DNA from: an uncultured Spirochaetota bacterium
GTDB taxonomy: Bacteria > Spirochaetota > Spirochaetia > SZUA-6 > Fen-1364
Direction: 5' to 3'
Assembly: GCA_963820525.1 (NCBI GenBank)
Contig: CAWGAA010000001.1
Coordinates: forward strand, 1,696,001 to 1,760,000
DNA: 64,000 bases
Both the position numbers and the translations under genes were made by a program. The notes beneath the pieces were generated by a model, which saw only the letters and a program-made list of their open reading frames with translations, ran no database searches and was not told the origin of the DNA. Within the stretch, counting starts at the first letter, position 1; every line of letters starts with the position of its first letter. Shown one piece after another: positions 40,805-50,780 of the stretch.

Positions 40805-41416
40805 ATGGTAGGCTATTATTCCCTGAAGACGAACATCAGCTATGTCGGATTGTTTTTCTCCAATCCCCGCCGCTGCATCTCGGAGTTCGCCCGAAACCCG
40901 TCGATCTGGTTCGGCGTCGTGATGTTCGCAGCCTATATGCTGGTCTGCGAGTACGGCTGGCTCAGCGCGTATGCGTCCGGGTATCAGCAGGCGATCAGTC
41001 CGATGCCCAAGATCCTCCCGATCCCCGATGACCAGTACTTGCTCTATCAAGCCATCTTCGGGCCTTTTCTCAAGGCGGCGTGCTTTCCTCTCTTTGCCGG
41101 GAGCCTGTGGGTGCTCGCCAGGCTCCTCAACCTCCGGAGCCTCACTATCTGGCCCGTGATGTCGTTCTTTGCATTCACCGGGTCCGTGATGGGCTTGATA
41201 GCATTCGCGGTCGACCAGATCATCGTCTTGAGCGTGGTCCAGGGGTGGATGCGGTTCGCCCTCAGCTGCATCCACCCGATCGCATTGACCATCGATATGG
41301 TCTACGTGACTGCGTACGTTGCCAGGAGCTATTCGACGCCGCTATGGAGAGCGCTCGTGGTCGTGATTCCCAGCATGATCATTGCCGGCCCGGTTCCGGG
41401 ATTTCTCTTCAGGTGA
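40805..41416 (+). CDS. Membrane protein (Yip1-like)
   Basis: FFSNP...EF N-terminus followed by about 5 TMs; RBS GAGGGG. Confidence 0.6.
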   Translation: MVGYYSLKTNISYVGLFFSNPRRCISEFARNPSIWFGVVMFAAYMLVCEYGWLSAYASGYQQAISPMPKILPIPDDQYLLYQAIFGPFLKAACFPLFAGSLWVLARLLNLRSLTIWPVMSFFAFTGSVMGLIAFAVDQIIVLSVVQGWMRFALSCIHPIALTIDMVYVTAYVARSYSTPLWRALVVVIPSMIIAGPVPGFLFR

Positions 41417-41855
41417 GACGTGGAGGGCGGAAAAGCACAGGGGAAAGCTGCCGTGCTCTTAAAAGAGGTTCCCTTGGGCAAAAGGGCTGATGCCTGGAAA
41501 ACACCCCTATGCCCTGAGGGAACGCCTGATGAAATGATTTTCAAGCTGCATCTCTTCAACTTTTCAAGGACGCCCGGTACAATCTCCAGCTGACGGGGCT
41601 CGCCGGAACATGGGGCTCGCTATCTCTTTCGTGACCGCTTCCGGCCCTTTGCCGGCGCTAGGACAAAAAGGTTCTCGCAGGCATTCATCGCGGCTGTTCG
41701 ATCGGACAAGTCGTGGGCATCGTCGAACTGGCGTCGCCCGTCTACCTCTTGAGGGCGGGTGCGTTGACGGGCATCACCGAAGCGGGCAGTATGGAATCGT
41801 TTACTCATGCCGACGAGGCATGTCGAGGGAATCGTAGGCCGCATCGGAGGTGCGC

Positions 41856-43634
41856 ATGAACATCGCCGTCACGGGAGCCGCGGGATACATCGGAAGAAAA
41901 ATCATGACGAGGATGCGTCGCGAATCCGACATCTGCCTCTTCGGCATCGACGTGAGGGCGCCCCGGCCCTCACCTTCAGAAACCTTTTACCGCATGGACA
42001 TACGTGATCCGGGGATTGCCGGGGTGTTTCGAGAGAACACGATCGACTGTGTCTTTCACCTCGCTTTCCTGATGCCGCCGTTCAAGGACAAGCAAAAGGC
42101 GTACGACAACGACGTGAACGGCACACGGAATGTGCTGGATGCCTGCCGGAAGGCGGGCGTCCGCAAGTTCATCCTTCCCTCAAGCACCACAGTGTACGGG
42201 GCGAATCCGGACAATCCGCGGCTCATCTCGGAAGATGCCCCCTACCGGGGCGACCCGGACTACTATTATTACCGCGATAAAGTGGACGTGGAAAAGGTCT
42301 GCCTGGAGTTTTTTACGAACAATCCCGAGATGGAATACGTGATCTTCCGAATCTGCGAAGTGTACGGACCCGACGTCGACGCGTATTACACGCGGAGCCT
42401 GGAAACCCGGAAAGTCCACCTTTTCGAAGGTTTCGATCCGGAGTACCAGTTCGTCCACGTGGACGACGTTGCGGAAGCGTTCGTAACGGCGGCGCGGAAG
42501 TGCGCACGGGGAGTTTTCAATCTCGTCGCGGACGGCGTGATGAAGCTGAGCGAAACCACTGCGGTAACGGGACGCCAGCTCGAGTGGACAAGATTGAATC
42601 CGTCCATGCTCGGGACTCTGCGGGCACTGTACAGGCTGGGGCTTTTTCAAACGCCAGTCGAATCCTTCTCCTACTGGCAATACAGGTGGACGGCGTCAAA
42701 CGAGAAGCTGAAGAGGGAGCTCGGTTTCACGCCGCGCTTCACGACGCGGGAGGCCTTCGAATCCAAGTACTTCACCGAGGACGATCCAATCGTTCGGATC
42801 GATTCCCGGTTGTGCACGTGCTGCGGCGCGTGCGTTCGGAGCTGCCCCCTCGCGCTCTTCCGCGGGTCTACGGGCACGATCCCCGCGATACGGGACGCCG
42901 ACCTCTGCATCGTCTGCGGGCACTGCATCCTCTCGTGTCCTGTCGGCGCGGTCCGCCACGGTTCCGCAGCCGCCGTGAAGATCCACGCGGTTAGATCGGA
43001 GAGACTTCCGGGAAAGGAATCTGTGCTGGAGTTCTTCCGAACCCGCCGATCCGTCCGGTGTTTTTCGAATGAGACGGTCAGCCGTGACGTGATCGAAGAA
43101 GTCATCCGGGGCGCCGGGCTCGCCCCGAGCGCCCATAATACCCAGAGCACCAAGTACCTGGTCCTCCGCGATCCCGTTCTGATTGAAAAACTCGGCGATG
43201 AGTCCCTGGCCTTCTACCGGAGGGTCCGAAACATGACGGGCAACCCTCTCAATCGATTCTTTATCAACCGATTCGCCGGAAGCGAAATGAGGAAGGTAAT
43301 GCGGGAGATGGAGATCGCGGTGAAGCAAGGCAAGATGTATTTCACCCACGGCGCGAAAACGTTCATCGTCTTCTATTCTGACCCCTCTCTCCGGTACCCG
43401 GAAATAAACGCGCACCTGGCATTGTATCAGGCGCTTCTGACCGCGCATGCCTTGGGTTTAGGCGGTTTTATTGCCGGGTATCTCATGATGGGGGCCCTCA
43501 AGAGCAGGAGGATAAGATCGCTTTTGGGGTTGAATAGAAGGCAGCGGATCCACGGTATCCTGGCGCTGGGATATCCGGAACAGAAGATCGATCGGTGGGT
43601 GGAGAGGAAAGAGCCGGAGATACATTGGCTGTAA
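41856..43634 (+). CDS. Extended SDR (NAD epimerase) - 2x[4Fe-4S] ferredoxin - nitroreductase fusion
   Basis: TGAAGYIG, HLA, SS..VYG, YxxxK; CTCCGACVRSCP and CIVCGHCILSCP; RRSVR.F, APSAHN.Q, LGYP; RBS GGAGG. Confidence 0.88.
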   Translation: MNIAVTGAAGYIGRKIMTRMRRESDICLFGIDVRAPRPSPSETFYRMDIRDPGIAGVFRENTIDCVFHLAFLMPPFKDKQKAYDNDVNGTRNVLDACRKAGVRKFILPSSTTVYGANPDNPRLISEDAPYRGDPDYYYYRDKVDVEKVCLEFFTNNPEMEYVIFRICEVYGPDVDAYYTRSLETRKVHLFEGFDPEYQFVHVDDVAEAFVTAARKCARGVFNLVADGVMKLSETTAVTGRQLEWTRLNPSMLGTLRALYRLGLFQTPVESFSYWQYRWTASNEKLKRELGFTPRFTTREAFESKYFTEDDPIVRIDSRLCTCCGACVRSCPLALFRGSTGTIPAIRDADLCIVCGHCILSCPVGAVRHGSAAAVKIHAVRSERLPGKESVLEFFRTRRSVRCFSNETVSRDVIEEVIRGAGLAPSAHNTQSTKYLVLRDPVLIEKLGDESLAFYRRVRNMTGNPLNRFFINRFAGSEMRKVMREMEIAVKQGKMYFTHGAKTFIVFYSDPSLRYPEINAHLALYQALLTAHALGLGGFIAGYLMMGALKSRRIRSLLGLNRRQRIHGILALGYPEQKIDRWVERKEPEIHWL

Positions 43635-43694
43635 GGTGATTGATCGTTAAGTTGCAGTATCAGCTGGGTTTGCCGCCCCTCATTTACAAAATAG

Positions 43695-44001
43695 GCACGC
43701 TCTGGTGCTGGAAGGAGGCTTCACCCCCGACGCACGGTTCCTGTTCCTTCCCCTCCACGACACGCAGAAGCTCTCCGAGACCTTCCGTCGTGCTGTCATC
43801 AAGCTCTTTCTCTCCAAGGCTCTCATCAGCGAGGATTTCGCCTCCACTTGATCGCCGTCAAACGCCCTTCGGGCGTTTGACGAGTGGAATGATTGTCGTG
43901 CCCGCCTTTCGGCGGGCTGCGTCATCCGCGATATCGCAGAGATCCGGACCATCATCGCGTGTTTGGTCAAGCACGGCAGGGGCCCGCCCGATGAGGGATG
44001 A
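43695..44001 (+). mobile_element. IS91-family transposase relic, central and C-terminal fragments
   Basis: Hand translation: HALVLEGGFTPDARFLFLP...FRRAVIKLF (region after the HUH motif) and VIRDIAEIRTIIACLVKHGRGPP (typical C-terminus). Confidence 0.7.
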
Positions 44002-44280
44002 GCCGTTCCTCTCTACGGATCACCACCCGCGTAAATCCCGGGCAGTCAACCGGCTGTTCCCGGTCTGCCTTCCCTGTGGTGGGCGATTGGCACGACCATG
44101 CCCTGCAGCACTCAAAATCGAGTATGCGGAACGCGGAATCGTTCTTGAAAAAACTGTCGGCAGTGGGTCACTATGACGTTGACGGCGGGCCCGAATTCAG
44201 GATAGGGACGTCGCAAGCAGCGGATATGGTCGGAGTCCGGTATGGTTGCAGAACCGGAGGCTATAAAACCGCCTATCACT

Positions 44281-44688
44281 TACCTGGGAGACGGGATCAT
44301 GGCCCTGTTCCCCCGCTCCAGCGCCGACGCGGTCAACCTCGCCTCGCGGCTGGAGAGGCTCACGAAGACCTACGGCGCCTGGATCATCGTCGCGGACGAG
44401 GTGCTGCGGGGCATGGGCGAGAACGTGCCCGATCACCGTTTCCTCGGCCGCACCACGGTCAAGGGAAGGAGCGAGCCCGTGGTGATCAACGAGGGGTTCG
44501 CGGCCGATCCAATGTACGACCTGAAGATGAAGCGCTGCACCAGGCGCTACTTTGAGCAGGGGGTGCGCCTGTACCTGAAGGGGAAAACGCAGGAGGCCCT
44601 GCGCTATTTCAAGGCCGTGCTCAGGGCGCACCCGGCGGATCGCGCCGCGCAGTATTACGTGTCGGCGTGCAGGAAGAGGGCGGGGTGA
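44281..44688 (+). pseudogene. Class III adenylate/guanylate cyclase remnant
   Basis: YLGDGIMALF joined directly to DAVNLASRLE..TK.Y and VKGR.EPV, plus a TPR-like tail; N-terminus and the central RIGI...G segment are missing. Confidence 0.8.
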
Positions 44689-44897
44689 GATGCCGCCGGA
44701 TATGGCGGCCGTGTGCTCGCCCGCGGAGGTAAAGCATCCCCCCGGCACCCCGGCGTGTTGGAACTGCCGGTTTCCGGACGCCAGGTCCTCGGAAAAGACC
44801 ATTAAGCCAAAGGGCACAGACGGTCTCGAAGGCTTAGAAAACACTTGCATAACTCTCTTCTCTGCACAATAATAGAGAGAAATAGGAGAGAACACGT

Positions 44898-45698
44898 ATG
44901 GCGGAAAAAGAAGGAACATCATCGATAGCTGACGCGAGCCGCCCCAATGCTGGACGAATCTATGACTATCTCCTTGGCGGGAGCCATAACTTTGAAATCG
45001 ATCGAATCGCCGCGAAACAGCTCATGAGCCAGGTGCCCGACATGCCGCAGTGGGTGCGGCTCGTCCGATGGTTCCTGGGTGAAGCGGTGCGGCGCCTGCT
45101 TGAGGAAGGTTTCACGAAGTTTGTCGACTTCGCCTCCGGCCTTCCCACCGTCGATCACATTCACCAAATCGCGCCGAAGGGCTGTGTTGTCGTCTACTCG
45201 GACATCGATCCCGTCACCGTCGCCTACGGCCAGGAGATCGTCAAGGACCTTCCAGGTGTCGCCTTCGTCCACGCGGACGCGGGAGAGCCGGAGAAACTGC
45301 TGAAGCTCGAGGTCGTCGAAAAGCTGATCGGTGCGGAACACAAGGCTGCAATCGGGTTCAACGGGATTGCGTTCTTCCTGCCCGATGAAAAGATCGCCCA
45401 CGCTATGCAGGTCCTCTACGATTGGGCCGAGCCGGGATCCAAGCTTTTCTTCTGCGATATCAATCACGAAGTCGCGACGAACATGAATGAGCAATTGATG
45501 AAGTTCTACTCCCAGGTGAAACAGCCGGTCTTTCTCCGTTCCAGAAGCAAGCTCAAGGAGCTCCTCGGTAGGTGGAGGATCTGCGATCCTGGGATCCAGC
45601 CTCTGGAACGATGGCTTCCGATCGAAAAGACGAAGACCGAGGCAGCATCTCAGCAATTGGGCGGCAATCTCATTGGAGCCATCGTCGAAAAGCAATGA
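44898..45698 (+). CDS. SAM-dependent methyltransferase (Methyltransf_19/DUF574-like)
   Basis: PNAGRIYDYLLGG.HNF..DR, RWFL..AV, D.ASGLPT..H.H, VVYSD.DP; RBS AGGAGA. Confidence 0.85.
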   Translation: MAEKEGTSSIADASRPNAGRIYDYLLGGSHNFEIDRIAAKQLMSQVPDMPQWVRLVRWFLGEAVRRLLEEGFTKFVDFASGLPTVDHIHQIAPKGCVVVYSDIDPVTVAYGQEIVKDLPGVAFVHADAGEPEKLLKLEVVEKLIGAEHKAAIGFNGIAFFLPDEKIAHAMQVLYDWAEPGSKLFFCDINHEVATNMNEQLMKFYSQVKQPVFLRSRSKLKELLGRWRICDPGIQPLERWLPIEKTKTEAASQQLGGNLIGAIVEKQ

Positions 45699-45711
45699 CG
45701 GGGAGCTTCTC

Positions 45712-47706
45712 GTGAACCCTCCCCCGAGCGGTCCGCTGCGCGGCGGCAGGGAGAAGCTCATCCGGCTCTTCTCCGAATCGCTTCTTGCCAACGCATTCAA
45801 CAACCGCTTCACCCTGCATCCGCGGAAACTGGCGGAGATGGCCGTGGAGGAAGCGGATGCTTTCTTCGACTTTCTCGATTCTCAGGACTCCGGCCAGGTC
45901 TTCAGCCGCGGCCTTTCGCTCGCTCGGCAGGGTATGGGAGAAAAGAGCCTCCTTTCGCTCATGTCTTCACTGCGATCATTCTGTCGGGAAGAGCTTGCGG
46001 AGAGAAACAGGGAATCCATTGACGCCGCGCTTAATGCCGTTGAGATCTACAGCTCCTCCCTTCTATTGGGATTCATCGATGCGCGCGAGTCACAAATCCT
46101 CACGGACCAGGAGCAGCTGCGCAGGGCCCTTTCCACCGCCTTGCAGGAACAGAGCAGGGAGCTGCTCGTCCGGGGCCACGCCATCGCCACTTCAATCAAT
46201 GGGATCATGTTCGCAGACCTGGACGGTCGGGTAACCTATGTGAACCCCTCTTTCCTCTTTCTCTGGGGCTATCGCTCCTCGGAGGAAGTGGTGGGCGCGC
46301 TCGTGAGTGACGTTCTGCCCAGCGAAGAAGCACGCGCGATCATTGAAACCCTCCCTCGGACGGGCGGCTGGAGGGGCGAACTTGAGGTTCGACGCAAGGA
46401 CGGGGAGGCGCTCACCGTGACGATTTCCGCCTCACTCATCAAGAATGAAGCCGGAACGCAAATCGGCATCATGACCTCCTTCATGGACACCACGGAGAGC
46501 AGGCGGCTGCAGGACCAGATGCAGCAGCTCCAGAAAATGGAAGCCCTGGGGCAGCTCGCGGGCGGGATCGCCCATGATTTCAACAACCTCCTCACGGTGA
46601 TCAGCGGCTACCTCCAGCTCCTCCTCCTGGAGGCGGCCCCTGAGACGTCCATGCACCAAGACATGCTTCAGATCAAGGCCGCGGTGGACCGCGGCGCAGG
46701 GCTCACGAAGCAGTTGCGGTACTTCACACGGCAGGCGAACGGCAAGCGCGAGGTACTGAATCTCAACGACATAGCCCAGGAGACCTCCGAGCTATTTAGG
46801 CGAACCTTCCCCCCCGACATTTCCGTTGTCCTGGCCCTCGCCCCGACACTGTGGGCCGTGAAGGCGGACCCCAACCAGATGAGCCAGGTACTGGTCAACC
46901 TGTGCGTGAACGCCCGGGACGCCATCACCGAGCGGGGCGGCGCCGGGGCAGGCCAGCCCAGGTCAGGGCTCATCACCATCCGCACGGAAAATGTGGTTCT
47001 CGCGGAGAGCGAGGCGAAAAAGTACGCCGGCGCCGTCCCGGGAAATTACGTTTTGTTACGGGTGAGCGACACGGGTGTGGGAATGCCGCCGAAACTTCTG
47101 GAAAAGCTCTTCATCCCCTTCGTCACCACCAAGGCCGAAAGGCGCGGCACAGGGCTTGGCCTCGCAGTGGTGTACGGGATCGTGCACGGCAATCGGGGAT
47201 TTATTGACGTGGCGAGCAGCCTTGGAGTCGGCAGCACCTTCTCGGTGCATCTCCCCATGGCGGAGCGCACGGCGGACGCGGTGGAGGGCGGGGCCGAACC
47301 CGTTCTGGCGGGCGGTACGGGCGCGATCCTCCTGGTGGATGATGAACCGCAGGTACGGGACCTGATGACCCGGACACTCGACCAGTGCGGCTACCGCGTG
47401 CTCTCCGCTCCCGACGGAAGGAGCGCCCTCGCCCTCTACGAGGAGAACATGGCGGAGATCGATCTGGTGATCCTGGACATGATCATGCCGATCATGGGGG
47501 GCCGAGAGACCTTTCTCCGCATAAGAGCCGCGGACCCCGCCCTTCCTGTGCTCATCATCACCGGCTATACCACCGACGGCCTCGCCTACGAGCTGGCGCG
47601 AAGCGGCGCAACCTCCGTTGTAGAGAAGCCGCTGGACCTGGGGGTGTTCACGGAGAAGGTGCGCGAGCTGATCAGAAAGCATCCTCCCAGAAAGCAGGCG
47701 TCCTAG
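45712..47706 (+). CDS. Cytoplasmic hybrid histidine kinase (helical N-domain, PAS, HisKA, HATPase, REC)
   Basis: QKMEALGQLAGGIAHDFNN, NLCVNARDA, DTGVG, GTGLGL, LVDDE...LDMIMP; GTG start after GGGGAG. Confidence 0.9.
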   Translation: MNPPPSGPLRGGREKLIRLFSESLLANAFNNRFTLHPRKLAEMAVEEADAFFDFLDSQDSGQVFSRGLSLARQGMGEKSLLSLMSSLRSFCREELAERNRESIDAALNAVEIYSSSLLLGFIDARESQILTDQEQLRRALSTALQEQSRELLVRGHAIATSINGIMFADLDGRVTYVNPSFLFLWGYRSSEEVVGALVSDVLPSEEARAIIETLPRTGGWRGELEVRRKDGEALTVTISASLIKNEAGTQIGIMTSFMDTTESRRLQDQMQQLQKMEALGQLAGGIAHDFNNLLTVISGYLQLLLLEAAPETSMHQDMLQIKAAVDRGAGLTKQLRYFTRQANGKREVLNLNDIAQETSELFRRTFPPDISVVLALAPTLWAVKADPNQMSQVLVNLCVNARDAITERGGAGAGQPRSGLITIRTENVVLAESEAKKYAGAVPGNYVLLRVSDTGVGMPPKLLEKLFIPFVTTKAERRGTGLGLAVVYGIVHGNRGFIDVASSLGVGSTFSVHLPMAERTADAVEGGAEPVLAGGTGAILLVDDEPQVRDLMTRTLDQCGYRVLSAPDGRSALALYEENMAEIDLVILDMIMPIMGGRETFLRIRAADPALPVLIITGYTTDGLAYELARSGATSVVEKPLDLGVFTEKVRELIRKHPPRKQAS

Positions 47707-47748
47707 TCCGCATCTCTCATTTCATCATAACAACCTATCACTTACCGC

Positions 47749-48402
47749 TTATTCGAGATCTTTCAGGTATAGAATCAGGTCTTCAACGGCCTTGCCCAGG
47801 GCCGCCCGAAGGCATTCACCCGCCAACGATTCGTCGTAGCCGCCGCTTCCGCCGACGCCGACGGCTGAGCTGATTGTTTTTTGTGCACTCGCGTCGCCGT
47901 ACGCCGAATACACTATCTGCGCGGTTTCCACCTTGATCAGCTGTATATCGACTTCCACTTTCACGCTCTGAATCTTCTGCTTGGCCAGGATCAGGTCCAC
48001 GCCTTCGGTCTTGACCCCGAAATTGCTGATCGTCCCGGTGATTATATACGTACAATTAAGGATCCTGCCGACCTGTGCGGCGGTTGCGTTGTCCGTCAGG
48101 TCCGATACCTGCAGCTCCATCTCCTTGACGACCTTGTCAAGGTTCTTACGCTACACCAGTATGAAATTCCTGGAGCGCGAAAGCTCTGAGGTCAGGATTT
48201 CGGCCGCCGCGTCCGAAAGGTTTCTGGCACCGTACTTCGTCTTGTTCATCACGTCCATGACGGCGACCGAGACCTGGGCCTTGAGCCGGTCGTACGTATC
48301 GACTTTGGTTACCGTTGTTTGAACGCTCGCGCAGGAAATGCAGAGGAATAAACATACTGCCGTTCCCGTGACAGCAACCCCTTTCACGATTGTAGTCACC
48401 AT
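47749..48402 (-). pseudogene. CsgG/HfaB-family lipoprotein with in-frame TAG
   Basis: Lipobox CISC; FILV*RKNLDKVVKEMEL (FxxVER expected), G....C.YIITG.I..F, VDIQLI.VET..IV. Confidence 0.8.
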
Positions 48403-48446
48403 TGGGTACTCCTCGATTCTCAATGTATGATCGTTCGTTGCCACTC

Positions 48447-48892
48447 CTACGGCAGCGTGCTGGCGCTCCACGTGCACACGTTTCTCAGATGTTTGATGAG
48501 CGGATGGCTGTTCAGGGCCTTCATGATCACGTCGCTTCCGGCCTCGATCAGCAGTTCTTCGCCAGCCGTTTTCAGCATTTCCGTGGGATCTATCACAAGC
48601 TTGCTTTCCTCCGATTTGCGCTCATCCTCCCACATGGTGGCGCCGCTTGCGCTAATTATTTTAAACTCGATCTGGACTTTTTTGTTGAAATATATCCCGA
48701 GCATCAGCCTTTGAGCGTCCAGGATGTTGCCGTACAATAGAGAGTCGCACTGAATCGTCCGCGCCAATTCCTCCGCGGTGACGGTGGGCAGTTGACCGCC
48801 TTCGGTGATGCCCAGCTCATTGAGCTTCGCGTCGATTGTGTCGAGGTCGACGACGGTGAAATTGCGTTCTTTCAATTTTTCAACCATCACAA
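48447..48892 (-). pseudogene. N-terminally truncated DUF799/GNA1162-like lipoprotein
   Basis: D..L.ELGIT..GQL......LA.....D.LLYG.I; no signal peptide; 5' end abuts an oppositely oriented acylase fragment. Confidence 0.6.
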
Positions 48893-49296
48893 GCCTCGGG
48901 GAGAACTTCGAGCACTGGAAGTGGGGAACGGTGCACACCGCAGAGTTCCGCAACCAGAGCCTGGGCAAGTCCGGCATCATGCCGATCGAACGGATATTCA
49001 ACCGGGGCCCGATTGCAGTGTCGGGAGGCAACACGACCGTCGCCGCCACCGGGTGGGATCCGAAGAAGCCATTCGAAGTGAAGCTCATCGTGTCGGAGCG
49101 AATGATCATAGACCTGGGTGACATAGGAGCCTCTCTGATGGCCCACACAACGGGACAGAGCGGGCACCCGACGAACCGGCACTACGCGGACTTCATCCTG
49201 GATTGGCGCGATGTCCGGTACCATCCCTCGCTGTGGACTCGCGCGCAGGTGAAGGCTGCATCATCTGAACGTCTGTGGCTTGAGCCTAATAAGTAG
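48892..49296 (+). pseudogene. Second penicillin-acylase-family C-terminal fragment
   Basis: WKWG.VH, NRGP....GG..TV, S.RMIIDL, GQSGHP...HYAD. Confidence 0.8.
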
Positions 49297-49372
49297 CCAG
49301 AGCTTCTGCCCCGGTCCGCGCAGGATCTGCCGCAATTCGCCCTTCATCTTGTTCCCTTCCTTACTTCAGGTT

Positions 49373-50053
49373 CTATCCCAAGGGCAGAAGCCTGTGCCGC
49401 ACCCTCGCGGCGTACTCGGCATAGCCGGGAAGCTCCTTTTGGAGCGTTGCATCCTCAAGGAACGTTCGAACCACCAACAGGCAGGCGGCGAGGCCCTGCG
49501 GGATCACGGCGCACAGCGACCCCAGAATGAGGGGGGTGGTGACCGTGAACAGCACGCCTCCAACATACCCTGGGTGCCTGACGAAGCGGTAAGGGCCCGT
49601 ATCGCAGACGGTCTGACCCCGGTCGCTCTGGATCCTCACCACTGTGGCGAACCACCTGTTGGTGCCCTTTGCCCAGAAGTGTATCCCCTGGCCGATGCAA
49701 TACACGATCCAGGAGACGATATACGCCCAGGCGGGCAGCGGGGGGCTCCATGAGAACCGTCCCGCGTCCACCGCGGCCAGCACGACCGTGACGAAATAAA
49801 GCGGCGTCGTGACGGCGAAATAGAGCTTGTCCCACCATTTCGTCCCCTGGCCGGGAGAAAGGCGCTCCTCTATGAGATCCGGCCGTCCTCGCAGGATGAG
49901 CAGGTTCACCGCCAGCGCGGCAAGGCCGGACAAGCCGTACGCCCAACCCTGCCAGTAGCTGACCCTCCCCGCCGCGACAAGCACGATCGCCAGTATGAAA
50001 AGAGGATACACGATGCTTCCGGCGACCGCTCGCGCAATCACTTTGCTCTTCAT
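49373..50053 (-). CDS. ICMT-family membrane methyltransferase
   Basis: VRIQSDRGQTV...GPYRFVRHPGY.G...RT..ED..L..EL.GY.EY..RV. Confidence 0.9.
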   Translation of the reverse strand: MKSKVIARAVAGSIVYPLFILAIVLVAAGRVSYWQGWAYGLSGLAALAVNLLILRGRPDLIEERLSPGQGTKWWDKLYFAVTTPLYFVTVVLAAVDAGRFSWSPPLPAWAYIVSWIVYCIGQGIHFWAKGTNRWFATVVRIQSDRGQTVCDTGPYRFVRHPGYVGGVLFTVTTPLILGSLCAVIPQGLAACLLVVRTFLEDATLQKELPGYAEYAARVRHRLLPLG

Positions 50054-50225
50054 GTGACCGCTCCTCCATCACCCCGGCAGACAGCGTGTTTGCTCCCTCT
50101 CTTGAAGCGCATGCTAACCATAAAAGGCGGAGAATTCAATCGAAAACAGGGAATTGGCACGAATCGGATGAAAAAGCCGCGCCGCCGCGGGGAACGGCAG
50201 GACTGCCATCAGGCGGCGCGAATGT

Positions 50226-50780
50226 TTACTCCAGGGTGACTTCCTGAGATCCGCGGAAGGAATGTATGGGGGACGAGTCCGCGGCGGCAAGCGCGTAGAT
50301 GATGTCCAGGGCCTGCTGCCCATCGGCGATATACGTCGCGGATTTCAGAGCGAGCTCGAGAGTGGTCTTGCCGCCGTCCTCCTTCATCGCATAGGAGACT
50401 ACAGAGTCGGCGATTTCCTTGTTCTCGGCATCGGAGTGTTTGTGGCCGATCCCCACCTGAGGCTTGAACACAGTCTTTCCATCGGCCACGAAGCCCATGA
50501 AAATCGTGGAGCCGTCCATCTTTCCAGGGCCAAGGCCTACGGAGACCCACCCTGTTGTGTTGCCCGTAAACCCGATGTAGATGGTACTGTCGGTCCGGCT
50601 CAGGTACAGCACCGCTTTCCCGAGGTCCTTCTGGAAAGCGTACTCGCCAGCGGCGATCACCCCGTCAACCTCGGGCTTCTTGGAGCCGGCCTTGAGGGAC
50701 GCATCCTGGGCAAAACAGGCGGCGCCGATAAACGCGAACAATACTACAAACCCCGCCGAACGGTGAAATGACTTCATCAT
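50226..50780 (-). CDS. Exported DOMON-domain protein
   Basis: Signal peptide; TTGWVSVG.G...M.GS.I.MG; C-terminal H..RG (Met/His pair as in haem DOMONs). Confidence 0.75.
   Translation of the reverse strand: MMKSFHRSAGFVVLFAFIGAACFAQDASLKAGSKKPEVDGVIAAGEYAFQKDLGKAVLYLSRTDSTIYIGFTGNTTGWVSVGLGPGKMDGSTIFMGFVADGKTVFKPQVGIGHKHSDAENKEIADSVVSYAMKEDGGKTTLELALKSATYIADGQQALDIIYALAAADSSPIHSFRGSQEVTLE

Noticed and set aside
41620..41844. 74-aa minus-strand ORF between the IS cargo genes
   Set aside because: No recognisable motif or RBS; cannot be supported.
48151..48153. Pyrrolysine or recoded TAG
   Set aside because: The position corresponds to a conserved Glu (GAG to TAG by one change); TAG is used as a normal stop by many genes here; no pyl genes in the window.
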